DNA of 64,000 nt from Gemmatimonadota bacterium (GTDB lineage: Bacteria > Gemmatimonadota > Gemmatimonadetes > Gemmatimonadales > GWC2-71-9). Shown here piece after piece: positions 27,810 through 37,736 of this stretch (its first letter is position 1; each line of letters opens with the position of its first letter). Both the position numbers and the translations under genes were made by a program. Under the pieces are notes generated by a model. That model did not search any database. It had not been told where the DNA came from and saw only the letters and a list, made by a program, of their open reading frames with translations. Location of the stretch: the NCBI GenBank assembly GCA_036679645.1, contig JAZDCY010000016.1:32001-96000 (forward strand), read 5' to 3'.

Positions 27810-30020
27810 CTATTGACGCGCCGTGAGTGGCGTGTCCGTTACCACGAACTGCCTGCGGGCGGTGATTGTCTGGCCGCTTACATGATCGGTCACGGTCAGG
27901 TAGATGCCGTACAACCCCTTCGGTGCGTCCTGCAGTTCCACCGTGAGGTACTCGACCTGTAACCCTCCGGGCAGGGTTACGGCCTCGCGGTCGTACGCGA
28001 GCGCGACCTCCTCGTCTCCCTGGGCCGAGAGCCCGACCGCGTCACCGATGCCTCCCAGAATACGGGCCATAAACCCGTGGCGTTCTACCTGACGCACTGT
28101 GAACAGGAGATCCACCGTGTATCGTGCGGTTCCGGTCGAGTCCGGCTGCAGGTTGTAGATCTCCCAGAGGAGTCCTACCGAGGACTCTGAGCCGATGCGC
28201 CCAGCGCTGGGCAACACGAAGAAATCTGTCCAGCGCGTAAACGACGAATCATGCGGCGCGACGCGTTCCGCGAGCAGCAGGTCCGATAACATGAGCGAGT
28301 CGGTGCCATATGGCCGCACGTCGAGCACTGACGTGCTGCGTGCCGCCCGTTTCGCCTCCGCCAGCAACGCCTCTACACGGAGGAGATACGATCCCGGCTG
28401 CAGCTCGAAGCGAAAGCTGCGTCGCTCGACCTGCTCCGGATCACCACCCGGGATGGTTTCGTCGCGACGATCGCGCTGTACGTCTCGCATGCGTCCGTCG
28501 CGAATGATGGCAGCGGTCGTGAGCTGCATCTGCTGTGCATCGATGCCCCGCGCCATGCGTCCAATTGGCATGAATGTGTACACACCCAGTTCGGTGCTGG
28601 CATCTCCCTCGCCGCGAAACTGGGCGAACTGTACGAGCACTGTGTCCATTTCCGCCACGGTCGGGACGTTGTCGAACCGGACGGGAAAGAGGTTGCGCGC
28701 CTCGCGGTAGAAGCTGCGGAAGTCGCCTGCGAAATTGGCCCGTGTGAATCCGGGTGTCAGGGAAAAGAGGAAACGCAGCTCGGAGCCCGTGTACACCCAG
28801 GCAATCTGATTGCGCTCTCCCTCGAGGCTCCCCAGCGGGTCGCCGCCGCCGGTCGTTCGATCCAGCTGCTGCCCGCGTCCCCTTCCGAACGATGCCCAGA
28901 TGTCGGGCGGACCGTACCGCAGGAACACGGATCCCCGGTCCGACTCCCACCCGCGATACCCGCGAGCGCGGTCGCTCCATCGGTGATCGACATACGTGAG
29001 GCGTGCCCAGAACTCCACCCGGGGCTCGTTCAGGTCGCGTAGGAAGAGCGGCTGCGACAACGCCCAGTAGAGCGCGTTCAATCCCCTCTGCTGCTCGGGC
29101 TCCATCTCCTCGAATCGTACCTGATCGATCGACTTGAGAATCGGGGCGAGATTCGCGTACGGTCCGCGCTGTGCCGGGGTCATGCGTATCATTGCGGTGT
29201 CGAAGGCTGCCTGCGCATCAGCCCAGCGGTTCAGCCGGGCGAAGGCGAGCCCCGCCAGCGCCCACGCGCGCCCGCTGTCGGGCGCGGCTGCGGTGAGCCG
29301 GCGTGCCACCTCGTCGGCCTCTTCCCGGCGATCCTCTTCGCCGAGCAACACGATCAGCAACCCCGCGGCCGCGACGTGTCGAGGGTCCGCCGAGAGCGCC
29401 GCACGCAGGTGCTCCTCCGCCGCCCGCTTGTCGCCTCCACCGGGATCGCCCGGATCGGGGTGGACCTGCTGGGCGAAGAAATTCTCGAGATCGTTCCAGG
29501 GACCCATCAGCACGCCCTGGTCGACGGACCGGGCCTCGCCGGTGAACAGGTACCGGTGGCCCAGTTGCTCGTATCGTTCCCAGTCGACGACGCCCGCTCG
29601 GAACTCGATATCGGCGAGCCGCGCGCTGCCGTGCGCGCGGGCGGCCTCGAGTGCCCGATCGATCATGCCCGGGACCTGAATCCGAGAGGCCACGTTCCCA
29701 CTGGAGCGCAGATGCTCGGCAAGGGCAAGCCAATACTTCGCGCTGTCGGGCTGGTACCGGGTGGCGAAACGGAGGTGTTCCTCCATGCGTCGCCGGTCTG
29801 CACTCACCGCGGACGAGGGATCGATGCGGATCTGATAGAGCAGCGCCACTCTATAGTGGACTTCCCCGTTTTCCCGGTCGGTGCGCAGCACTTGTTCCAG
29901 GGCGCCGATGGCACCCAGCGTGTCGCCCGCGGCGAGCAGGCTGTCGGCGGTGTCTTCCTGCGCCTGAAGCCGCGTAGTCGCTGCCAGGAGCAGCGCCAGA
30001 ATCATGAAGCGTCGATGCAT
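27810..30020 (-). CDS. Secreted TPR + GWxTD-domain protein (paralogue 2)
   Basis: Signal MHRRFMILALLLAA..., TPRs, GWESDRGSVFLRYGPPD. Confidence 0.87.
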   Translation of the reverse strand: MHRRFMILALLLAATTRLQAQEDTADSLLAAGDTLGAIGALEQVLRTDRENGEVHYRVALLYQIRIDPSSAVSADRRRMEEHLRFATRYQPDSAKYWLALAEHLRSSGNVASRIQVPGMIDRALEAARAHGSARLADIEFRAGVVDWERYEQLGHRYLFTGEARSVDQGVLMGPWNDLENFFAQQVHPDPGDPGGGDKRAAEEHLRAALSADPRHVAAAGLLIVLLGEEDRREEADEVARRLTAAAPDSGRAWALAGLAFARLNRWADAQAAFDTAMIRMTPAQRGPYANLAPILKSIDQVRFEEMEPEQQRGLNALYWALSQPLFLRDLNEPRVEFWARLTYVDHRWSDRARGYRGWESDRGSVFLRYGPPDIWASFGRGRGQQLDRTTGGGDPLGSLEGERNQIAWVYTGSELRFLFSLTPGFTRANFAGDFRSFYREARNLFPVRFDNVPTVAEMDTVLVQFAQFRGEGDASTELGVYTFMPIGRMARGIDAQQMQLTTAAIIRDGRMRDVQRDRRDETIPGGDPEQVERRSFRFELQPGSYLLRVEALLAEAKRAARSTSVLDVRPYGTDSLMLSDLLLAERVAPHDSSFTRWTDFFVLPSAGRIGSESSVGLLWEIYNLQPDSTGTARYTVDLLFTVRQVERHGFMARILGGIGDAVGLSAQGDEEVALAYDREAVTLPGGLQVEYLTVELQDAPKGLYGIYLTVTDHVSGQTITARRQFVVTDTPLTARQ

Positions 30021-30070
30021 TGTACGGGCAATGTACACCGGAGTGCCGGACGGTTTCCGTCCGGCAAGAT

Positions 30071-32248
30071 TCACTGCCGGGTGGTGGGACCGGATCCGAT
30101 GGTGATCACCCGAGTTCGGGATGCCGTTTGCCCGGTGACGTGCTCCGTGATCTGGACGGTGATCGTGTAGGTGCCTTCTGGCGCGTCCCGGAGATCGACC
30201 GTCAGGTACTCGACCTGTGTCCCGTCCGGGCCGGTTTCGACCTGCCGCTCGTACGATATCTCGACCTTGTCGTCGCCCAGCGCCGAGAGTCCCATAGCGT
30301 CCCCGATTCCGCCAATCACGCGGGCGGCCCATCCATGTCGCTCGATGGCGTCGACGGTCACCGCCAGGTTCACGGTGTACTGCGTCGTACCCAGGGAATC
30401 CTTCGGCAGGTTGTAGATCTCCCAGAGAAGGGCCAGGGGCGACTCGGGTTCGAAGCGGCCGGCGTTGGGCCCGATCAGGAAATCCGACCAGCGGGTGAAG
30501 TTGGAATCGCGCGGCGCCACGCGGTCAGCAGCCAGGACATCCGAGAGCGCGAGCGCGCCGCCGGTCTCGTACGAGCGCACGCGCAGCATCGCCGCGGAGC
30601 GGGCGCCCCGCTCGAGCACCGGGAGATGGGCTTCCACGCGCAGGATGTACTCGTTTGGCGGCAGCGACAGATACCACGACTCATTGCGGATGTCGCGTTC
30701 GGGTACATCCCGTAGCACGTTGTCGCGCCGGTGGCGCGCCAATTCGCGGCCGGTGCCGGTCCACAGAATGACCGCCGTCTCCAGTGCGAGATCGGTAATC
30801 CGCGCCGAGTCCACCATCCGTCTGACCGGGATCGCGGAGAAGACCGCGACCAGGGTCTGCTGTGGATTGGGTCCACGGAACTGCGCCGTCTGTACCAGGA
30901 CCGTGTCGAGCGCCAGGAAAATCGGCACGTTATCAAAGCGAGCCGGACTCCGCTCGGCCGCCACGCGCGCGGCCTCGCGGCCGAAGTCGCCAAACCGGGC
31001 GCGTGTGAAACCAGGCGTCAGGTTGAACAGAAATCGCAGGCGCGCTCGGACGTAGACCCACGCAATCTCCTGGCGATTGAACATCGCCCAGATATCCGGC
31101 GGACCGTAGCGGACGTAGACGGCCCCGATATCGGTGTCGAAGCCGCGGAAGTTCAGGTAGGGATCACTCCACCGGTGATCGACATAGGTGATCCGCGCGA
31201 AAAACTCTACGCGCAATTCGTTGGCGTCAGTTAGGGCTAACGGTTGGGCGGCCGCCCAGTAGGTGGTATCCAGGGCCGCCCGGGAGGGCGCGGACATCTG
31301 GGTGTAGTCGCGCCTGTCGCCGCGCCGCATGATCCGGCCCAGATCGAGATACGGTGCCCAGTCGCGCGGCGCCATGAGCGCCAGCGCCGTGTCGAACGCC
31401 GCCTCCGCCTCCTGCCAGCGCCGCTCGCGCGTGAGTGCCAGCCCCAAGAGCGCCCAGGCACGTCCTGAGTCCGGGCTGACCCGAACGAGGTTTCGTGTCT
31501 GTTCCAGTGCCTCCGGCCACCGGTCGTGTTCCCCCATCAGCACGACCAGCAGGCCCGCGGCGTCGATGTTGGCGGGATCGGCATCGAGGGCGGCACGCGC
31601 GCGGTCCTCGGCTTTCACGCGGTATTCTTCCCCGGCGTCCCTGGAAGCCATCCGCGAACGCGTGCGAAAGAAGGACTCGACGTACCGCCAGTCGGCGTCG
31701 AACAGGAAAGCGCTCACCCCGGTGCGAACCGCTCCCACAAAGTCGTTTGCCAGGTAGCGTCGCCCAAAGTGCTCATACCGCTCCCACTCGACGCGGGCAG
31801 CCCGGTACTCGAGCGTGGTCAGGTCCGCGGCGTCTGCGCCGTGCCGGATCGCCGCCGCGCGTGCTCGCTCGATCAGGCGGGGGACCTGGAGACGCGTGAA
31901 GCTGTTGTCCTCTCGCCGGAAGAGGTCCGCCAGAGCCAACAGGTACTTGGCACTGTCGGACTCGAACCGCGCCGCATAGCGAAAATGTTCCTCCGCGATT
32001 CGCCGGTTCTTGTCGACGGCGGCATCAGGTACGATGCGGGCGCGGTGGATCAGGCCGAGTCGGTAGTGCGCCTCGGCGTTACGCAGGTTGTGGTCGATGA
32101 GGTCTTCGAAGATGGCAATGGCCGCCGCCGTGTCCGCCTGGACCAGCAAACGGGAGGCGGCATCCAGCGTCTGCGCACTGGTCCCCCGCGGCGCGGCCCC
32201 CAGCGCCACCAACCCGAATAGGGCGACGACTCTCCAGCGCACAGCCAT
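30071..32248 (-). CDS. Secreted TPR + GWxTD-domain protein (paralogue 1)
   Basis: Signal peptide, TPRs, GFDTDIGAVYVRYGPPD. Confidence 0.85.
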   Translation of the reverse strand: MAVRWRVVALFGLVALGAAPRGTSAQTLDAASRLLVQADTAAAIAIFEDLIDHNLRNAEAHYRLGLIHRARIVPDAAVDKNRRIAEEHFRYAARFESDSAKYLLALADLFRREDNSFTRLQVPRLIERARAAAIRHGADAADLTTLEYRAARVEWERYEHFGRRYLANDFVGAVRTGVSAFLFDADWRYVESFFRTRSRMASRDAGEEYRVKAEDRARAALDADPANIDAAGLLVVLMGEHDRWPEALEQTRNLVRVSPDSGRAWALLGLALTRERRWQEAEAAFDTALALMAPRDWAPYLDLGRIMRRGDRRDYTQMSAPSRAALDTTYWAAAQPLALTDANELRVEFFARITYVDHRWSDPYLNFRGFDTDIGAVYVRYGPPDIWAMFNRQEIAWVYVRARLRFLFNLTPGFTRARFGDFGREAARVAAERSPARFDNVPIFLALDTVLVQTAQFRGPNPQQTLVAVFSAIPVRRMVDSARITDLALETAVILWTGTGRELARHRRDNVLRDVPERDIRNESWYLSLPPNEYILRVEAHLPVLERGARSAAMLRVRSYETGGALALSDVLAADRVAPRDSNFTRWSDFLIGPNAGRFEPESPLALLWEIYNLPKDSLGTTQYTVNLAVTVDAIERHGWAARVIGGIGDAMGLSALGDDKVEISYERQVETGPDGTQVEYLTVDLRDAPEGTYTITVQITEHVTGQTASRTRVITIGSGPTTRQ

Positions 32249-32366
32249 GATCCGGTACTACCCTAGCTAGAGTCTCCCGTTTCCCGCTCCAACCTTGCCC
32301 CGCATCGTCCCATTCCCCCCGTACCACACCCTACTCGCCGCACCCATTACACTCGGCACTCGGCAC

Positions 32367-33392
32367 CTATTCAAACATCGACCCCTGTCCCCCGACCGGC
32401 GGGGTGAACCCGAAATGCCGGTACGCCGCCGGCGTGGCCGCCCGACCGCGGGGCGTGCGGTGGAGAAACCCGCGCTGAATGAGGAACGGTTCGTAGACCT
32501 CTTCGATCGTCCCCGCGTCCTCGCCTACCGCAACGGCGATCGTGTTCAGGCCCACGGGCCCGCCGCCGAACTGCTCGATGATGAGCTTGAGAATGCGGCC
32601 GTCCATGTCATCGAGCCCATACTCATCGACGTTCAGTCGTGCCAGCGCCGACTTGGCGATGGCCTGCGTGACGGTGCCGTCCGCCTTGACCTGCGCGAAG
32701 TCGCGCACGCGCCGGAGGAGGCGGTTCGCGACGCGCGGCGTGCCGCGGCTCCGTTTCGCGATCTCCCAGGCGCCTTCGCGGTCGATCGTGACGTCGAGTA
32801 TCCCAGCTGACCGGACGATAATGGCCGCCAGGTCCTCTGGCGGATAGTAGCCCAAGCGCTCGACGATGCCGAACCGGGCGCGCATGGGAGGCGTGAGCAT
32901 CCCGTACCGAGTCGACGCACCCACGAGCGTGAACGGCTGGAGATCCATGGGAATCGTCTGCGCGTGCGGGCCGTCGGCAATGCGCACGTCGACGCGAAAG
33001 TCTTCCATGGCGGGGTAGAGGAACTCTTCCAGCTGCGGTCGAAGACGATGGATCTCGTCTATGAAGAATACGTCGCCGCGTTCGAGCGTCGTCAGCATCC
33101 CCACGAGGTCGCCCGGTTTTTCCAGGACCGGTCCGCTGCTGGTGCGGAGATTCACTCCCATCTCCCGGGCGACGAGTATGGCGAGTGTCGTCTTCCCGAG
33201 GCCCGGTGGGCCGAAGAAAAGCGTGTGATCGAGTTGGTCCCCCCGCTGTTTGGCCGCGTCGATCGCAATCTGCAGGCTCTCCTTCACCTGCTCCTGGCCC
33301 ACGAACTCGTCGAGGCGAGACGGGCGCAACGTCGTCTCGGCGGATTGCTCCTCGGGCAGGATGTCCGGAGTCGTGATCTCGCGGTTGGTCAT
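32367..33392 (-). CDS. ruvB: Holliday junction branch migration ATPase
   Basis: [30 protein letters not shown]. Confidence 0.97.
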   Translation of the reverse strand: MTNREITTPDILPEEQSAETTLRPSRLDEFVGQEQVKESLQIAIDAAKQRGDQLDHTLFFGPPGLGKTTLAILVAREMGVNLRTSSGPVLEKPGDLVGMLTTLERGDVFFIDEIHRLRPQLEEFLYPAMEDFRVDVRIADGPHAQTIPMDLQPFTLVGASTRYGMLTPPMRARFGIVERLGYYPPEDLAAIIVRSAGILDVTIDREGAWEIAKRSRGTPRVANRLLRRVRDFAQVKADGTVTQAIAKSALARLNVDEYGLDDMDGRILKLIIEQFGGGPVGLNTIAVAVGEDAGTIEEVYEPFLIQRGFLHRTPRGRAATPAAYRHFGFTPPVGGQGSMFE

Positions 33393-33553
33393 GTTTTGGG
33401 GGCCGCGTGCCAGAACACCGGACGCTCGCGCTTCTCGATTGTGTGACGGGTCCGGCAGGTGTAGCAGCGATCGTCGGCGCGTGTGGCATTAGGCGGGACG
33501 AGCCGCCGATTCGTTGCGCCACACTTGGTGCACTGCCATTCCGCGGTGGTCAT
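33389..33553 (-). CDS. Small Zn-ribbon-like protein (54 aa)
   Basis: [15 protein letters not shown]...[14 protein letters not shown] overlaps with both the ruvA stop and the ruvB start. Confidence 0.75.
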   Translation of the reverse strand: MTTAEWQCTKCGATNRRLVPPNATRADDRCYTCRTRHTIEKRERPVFWHAAPKT

Positions 33554-34143
33554 GTCGCTCCCGTCAGAGACTGGAGGGCTGTCCGGATCACGTCGGCCGT
33601 GTTCGCCTGACCGTGCTCCGCAACGGCCGCCCGCACGGCGCGGTCGGCTTCCGCCGCGCGGTACCCGAGGTTCGTGAGCGCCTGTACCGCCTGGTCGGCG
33701 GCCGGCAACGGCGCGGGGGCGTCTCCGGCCGCAGAGAGGTCGCGCATCTTGTCCTTCAGTTCGAGCACCAGGCGTTCGGCCGTCTTCTTGCCTACACCCG
33801 GCACGGTGCACAGTGCGCCCAGGTCGCCTCCCCGTAGCGCCTGCACCACCCGGTCGCCACCCAACGCAGACAGCATCGCGAGCGCGAGCCTAGGTCCCAC
33901 ACCGGAAGTACCGAGGAGCCGCTGGAACACGAGGCGCTCGTACTCGCGGTCGAACCCGTAGAGCGCCCACCCGTCATCGCGCACTACCAGTACCGTGTTG
34001 AGATCGACGGCTGCGCCCTCACGCGGCAGCCGTTCGAGCACGCCGAGCGGAACGGCCAACTCGTATCGGACACCGGCTGCCGTTTCCACCGTGACCTTGT
34101 CGCCGGTCCGCGCGGTCAGGGTCCCCCGGATGCCGGCAATCAC
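33550..34143 (-). CDS. ruvA: Holliday junction DNA-binding protein
   Basis: LYGF, GVGPRLAL, VPGVGKKTAERLVLELK, ALTNLGY. Confidence 0.96.
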   Translation of the reverse strand: MIAGIRGTLTARTGDKVTVETAAGVRYELAVPLGVLERLPREGAAVDLNTVLVVRDDGWALYGFDREYERLVFQRLLGTSGVGPRLALAMLSALGGDRVVQALRGGDLGALCTVPGVGKKTAERLVLELKDKMRDLSAAGDAPAPLPAADQAVQALTNLGYRAAEADRAVRAAVAEHGQANTADVIRTALQSLTGAT

Positions 34144-34625
34144 GGGCGTGCCGACGTCAGGATATAGGTCAACGCCAGGGCGATGCCGTCGGCGGCGTCG
34201 TGGGGCGATGGTTGCTCGCGCAATCGGAGAAGCTGCATGACCATGTACGCGACCTGGTTCTTGGTGGCTTGACCGCGTCCCACCACCGTTTTCTTGACGG
34301 CGGCTGGCGCGAACTCGGCTATTTGCGCGCCCGCCTGCTCCGCCGCCAGCAGGATGACGCCGCGGGCGTGACTCAACGATACGGTCGTCCGCACGTTCTT
34401 CGCGTAGAACGTGCTCTCGACGGCGATAACCTGCGGCTCGTGCCCGGCAATCAGCGCCTCGACCTCGGTGTAAAGGTGCCGCAGACGCGTCGCGAGTTCA
34501 GCCCGCGCGGGCGTCCGGATCACGCCACATTCGACAAGTCGGCCGGCACCTCGCGGCGATCGTTCCACGACGCCGTAGCCGGTAACGGCGGTGCCGGGAT
34601 CGATCCCCAGCACCAGCTCGCTCAC
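34140..34625 (-). CDS. ruvC: Holliday junction resolvase
   Basis: LGIDPG, IAVE, HARG, DAADG. Confidence 0.96.
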   Translation of the reverse strand: MSELVLGIDPGTAVTGYGVVERSPRGAGRLVECGVIRTPARAELATRLRHLYTEVEALIAGHEPQVIAVESTFYAKNVRTTVSLSHARGVILLAAEQAGAQIAEFAPAAVKKTVVGRGQATKNQVAYMVMQLLRLREQPSPHDAADGIALALTYILTSARP

Positions 34626-35371
34626 CCGCCGACCGCCGCTAGCGTCTCCGCATCGATATCGAAATTGCTGAACACTTTCGAGACGTCGTCGTGATCTTCG
34701 ATCGCCTCCATGAGGCGCAGGAGCCGTTCGGCATCGGGGCGCTCGACCTTCACGGTATTCGTCGGAATCATGGCGATTTCAGAATGTTCGGGCTCCATGT
34801 CGCGGCTGCGCAGGCCGTCGAGCACCTGATGCAATGCGGTGGGGTCGGTGGTGATGACGTATACGTCACCATCCCGAACGAAATCGTCCGCACCCGCCTC
34901 CAATGCCGCCTCCAGGGTCGAATCCTCGTCATAGCGTGAGGCATCGAGCGTCATCTGCCCCTTTTTCTCGAACATCCACCCGACCGATCCCGCGCTGCCG
35001 AGACTGCCGCCCTTTCTCGAGAAGATATGCCGGAGTTCCGCCACCGTGCGGTTGAGGTTGTCAGTGGTAACCTGGATCATGATGGCGGCTCCACCGGGGC
35101 CGAAGCCCTCATACGTCGCCTCCTCGTATGAGACCCCCTCCAATTCGCCGGTGCCCTTCTTGACGGCTCGATCGATGTTGTCGGCCGGCATGTTCGCGGC
35201 CTTGGCGGCCTCGACCGCGGAGCGTAGGCGTGCGTTGCCTGACGGGTCACCCCCGCCTCCGCGCGCGGCGACCGTGATTTCCTTTATCAACTTGGTGAAC
35301 TTGGCGCCGCGCTTTGCGTCGGTCACCGCCTTCTTGTGCTTGATCTGCTTCCACTTGCTGTGGCCAGCCAT
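34622..35371 (-). CDS. yebC: YebC/PmpR family protein
   Basis: MAGHSKW, YEGFGPGG, TDNLNRT. Confidence 0.95.
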   Translation of the reverse strand: MAGHSKWKQIKHKKAVTDAKRGAKFTKLIKEITVAARGGGGDPSGNARLRSAVEAAKAANMPADNIDRAVKKGTGELEGVSYEEATYEGFGPGGAAIMIQVTTDNLNRTVAELRHIFSRKGGSLGSAGSVGWMFEKKGQMTLDASRYDEDSTLEAALEAGADDFVRDGDVYVITTDPTALHQVLDGLRSRDMEPEHSEIAMIPTNTVKVERPDAERLLRLMEAIEDHDDVSKVFSNFDIDAETLAAVGG

Positions 35372-35456
35372 ACAGCCTCGTCGGTGCGGCGACGGTTCGT
35401 GAGATCACCAATATAGATGGGCTCGAGAGAGGGTAGCAACGCGCACGGCGCCGGCA

Positions 35457-36314
35457 TCAGTCCGGGTCGAGCAGATCCTCGAACCGCATCCACTGCTGGT
35501 GGAAATAGAGATCGATAAAACCGGTCGGACCGCTGCGGTTCTTGGCGATCAGTAATTCCGTGGCGCCTTCGACCCCTCCCCCGGGGTTGTACATCTCTTC
35601 CCGATACAGGCTCAGTACGATATCGGCGTGTTGTTTGACCGAACCGAGTGTCCCGAAGTCGTCGAGCGTAGGTCGCGGGTCGTCCCGTGTGGCGAGCTTC
35701 GGCAGCTGCGCTACGGCAAGACAGGCAACGTCGTGCTCCATGGCGACGGCCTTGAGCTCGCGCAGGGCCCACGCGGCGTCTTCCTCCTGTGTGAGGCGCG
35801 CGGAGGGAGGCGGAAGCAGCTGCAAGTAGTCGATGATCAGGAGTGCGGGTTGGTGTCCCCACGCGGGCTCCAGCACGTCGTCGAACTGCCGGGCAGTCAT
35901 TGGGTAGACGGTGAACTGTATGTCGCGGATGCGCAGGGCCGCTGCGCCGATGGCTGAGCGCGCTTGGTCGGACAGTGCCCCGGCGCGCAGGTCATCGATT
36001 TGCTGACGGCCTTCCATGGCCAGAGCGCGCTCGAGAATGCGATCCTCGTTCATCTCGCCAGAGATGAGCACGACGGGGTATTCCTGTGCCGCGGTCCGGA
36101 GCGCCACCGCGAGCGCGAACGCCGACTTGCCGGCACCGACATCTCCGCCCAGGACCACTAGGTCGCGCCGCCGAAATCCGCCCCCCAAAGCCCGGTCCAC
36201 CGATGGGAACCCCGTCGGGACGGTGTCGGGCGCGGGACGCTCGGGCTCGCGCTCATCGACCTGGCGGATGAGGTTAGTGAGCGAGTCGCGTGCGATGCGC
36301 CGGGGTGCGCTCAT
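35457..36314 (-). CDS. DnaB-like ATPase, C-terminal domain only
   Basis: VPTGF, GAGKS, SGEM, IIDYLQ, KNRSGPTG; no DnaB N-terminal domain. Confidence 0.8.
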   Translation of the reverse strand: MSAPRRIARDSLTNLIRQVDEREPERPAPDTVPTGFPSVDRALGGGFRRRDLVVLGGDVGAGKSAFALAVALRTAAQEYPVVLISGEMNEDRILERALAMEGRQQIDDLRAGALSDQARSAIGAAALRIRDIQFTVYPMTARQFDDVLEPAWGHQPALLIIDYLQLLPPPSARLTQEEDAAWALRELKAVAMEHDVACLAVAQLPKLATRDDPRPTLDDFGTLGSVKQHADIVLSLYREEMYNPGGGVEGATELLIAKNRSGPTGFIDLYFHQQWMRFEDLLDPD

Positions 36315-36699
36315 GCCGTCTTTGCTCCTTGATGGCGGACCGTGCCAATCGCAATGCCTGTCCCAACGCGTCGGCCACATTGGGACCCAGTGTTTCGCGG
36401 GCCGGGGCGACCAGTTGCCCCATAGCTGTGGCACCCGCATCGGGTGTGCCCTCTGCCAGCAGGGCGAACCCCGCCTTCAGAGCCCGCCGCAGGGGCACCG
36501 GTACGGAGAGACTGCTGACCCGCCGCTCGAGCGCATCGAGACGCCGGCGATGCGTGCGTGCGGTCACTGCATGCGGCGGCAGCAGGCCTTCAGCCACGCG
36601 TGCGAACAACCAGATTGCGAAGACACCGTTCCGTTTCGGACCCCGTGCTTCGGCGGCGAGGGCATCCACCAATAGGTCCTGAACGACGTGGAAGCTCAT
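36274..36699 (-). CDS. Hypothetical helical protein
   Basis: 141-aa ORF coupled to the upstream GT9 stop (ATGA) and overlapping the downstream start. Confidence 0.65.
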   Translation of the reverse strand: MSFHVVQDLLVDALAAEARGPKRNGVFAIWLFARVAEGLLPPHAVTARTHRRRLDALERRVSSLSVPVPLRRALKAGFALLAEGTPDAGATAMGQLVAPARETLGPNVADALGQALRLARSAIKEQRRHERTPAHRTRLAH

Positions 36700-37658
36700 G
36701 CCGCCGACAATGCCGCGTGAACCTCTGCGGGACTGATGTCAATCATGCATCGGTGGTGTCCCAATGGGCAGTGGGTGCCTCCGAACCGCGAACAGGGGCG
36801 GCAGGATAGGGACCGCTGGAGCACAACCGCTTTCGACCGGTACGGAAAGAAGCCAAACGCCTCTACCGTGGGCCCAAAGAGGGCGATGACCGGTGTCCTG
36901 ACGGCGGTAGCGAGGTGCATCAGGCCCGAATCGTTGGCCACCACCGCCTGCGCGTTCCGCAGCAAGGCGCCTGTCACGCCCAGGTCGGTGGCGAAAGCGT
37001 CGATGACGGGTGCTCCGGCAAGACAGGTGCGCTCGTGCGCGAGCCCAACACCGACAACGCGCCGCCCGGAACTCTCGAGGCGGGTGGCAAGCTGCCGCCA
37101 GTGATGGGCCGGCCAGCGTTTGGTGGCGTGCGCCGCGCCCGGCGCGAGGACCACGTAGTCTCCCTGTACGATGTCTCTCGCGCGCGACTGGTCACCAGGT
37201 GTGGTGAAGAACTCCGGGGGCGCACCATCGGGGATCGCGCTGATGGATCGGGCGGCCTCGAAGTATCGCTCGGCCATGGGCCCGGGCCCGCGCGCGCGGC
37301 GTTTCCACGTGATGAGAAGTCTGCGGCGCACTCGCCACTTGCGATAGGTGCCCCACCGTCCGCCGAGCAACAAGCGTAATGCTCGGCTACGCAGGCTACC
37401 GTGCAGGTCGAGCCGGTGATGCCATCGTGTGATGGCCAAGCGCGCGGCCAGCGAGCGGACGGTCATGCCCGGTTCCAGCGTGACCACGTGCCGTACGTAG
37501 GGGCTGTGCGTCACCAGCGCGCGGTACGCCTCTTTGGTCACGTACGTGATCTCGGTAGACGGGTTCGCGGTCGCGATCGCACGGAGCAGCGGTGTAGTCA
37601 GGATCACGTCGCCCAACGAGCCAAAACGAACCACGAGGACGGTGGTTGCCAAAGGCAT
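36696..37658 (-). CDS. Glycosyltransferase family 9 (LPS heptosyltransferase-like)
   Basis: RFGSLGDVIL, APGA...KRW, NDSGLMHLA, LFGPT. Confidence 0.92.
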   Translation of the reverse strand: MPLATTVLVVRFGSLGDVILTTPLLRAIATANPSTEITYVTKEAYRALVTHSPYVRHVVTLEPGMTVRSLAARLAITRWHHRLDLHGSLRSRALRLLLGGRWGTYRKWRVRRRLLITWKRRARGPGPMAERYFEAARSISAIPDGAPPEFFTTPGDQSRARDIVQGDYVVLAPGAAHATKRWPAHHWRQLATRLESSGRRVVGVGLAHERTCLAGAPVIDAFATDLGVTGALLRNAQAVVANDSGLMHLATAVRTPVIALFGPTVEAFGFFPYRSKAVVLQRSLSCRPCSRFGGTHCPLGHHRCMIDISPAEVHAALSAA

Positions 37659-37736
37659 GCTAGCAGAATGTACGATTCGCCGGCGAGTCCGGCCACCGCG
37701 TTGCCGCCTGTCCGTAGCGCCGGTAGCTTTCGCCAC

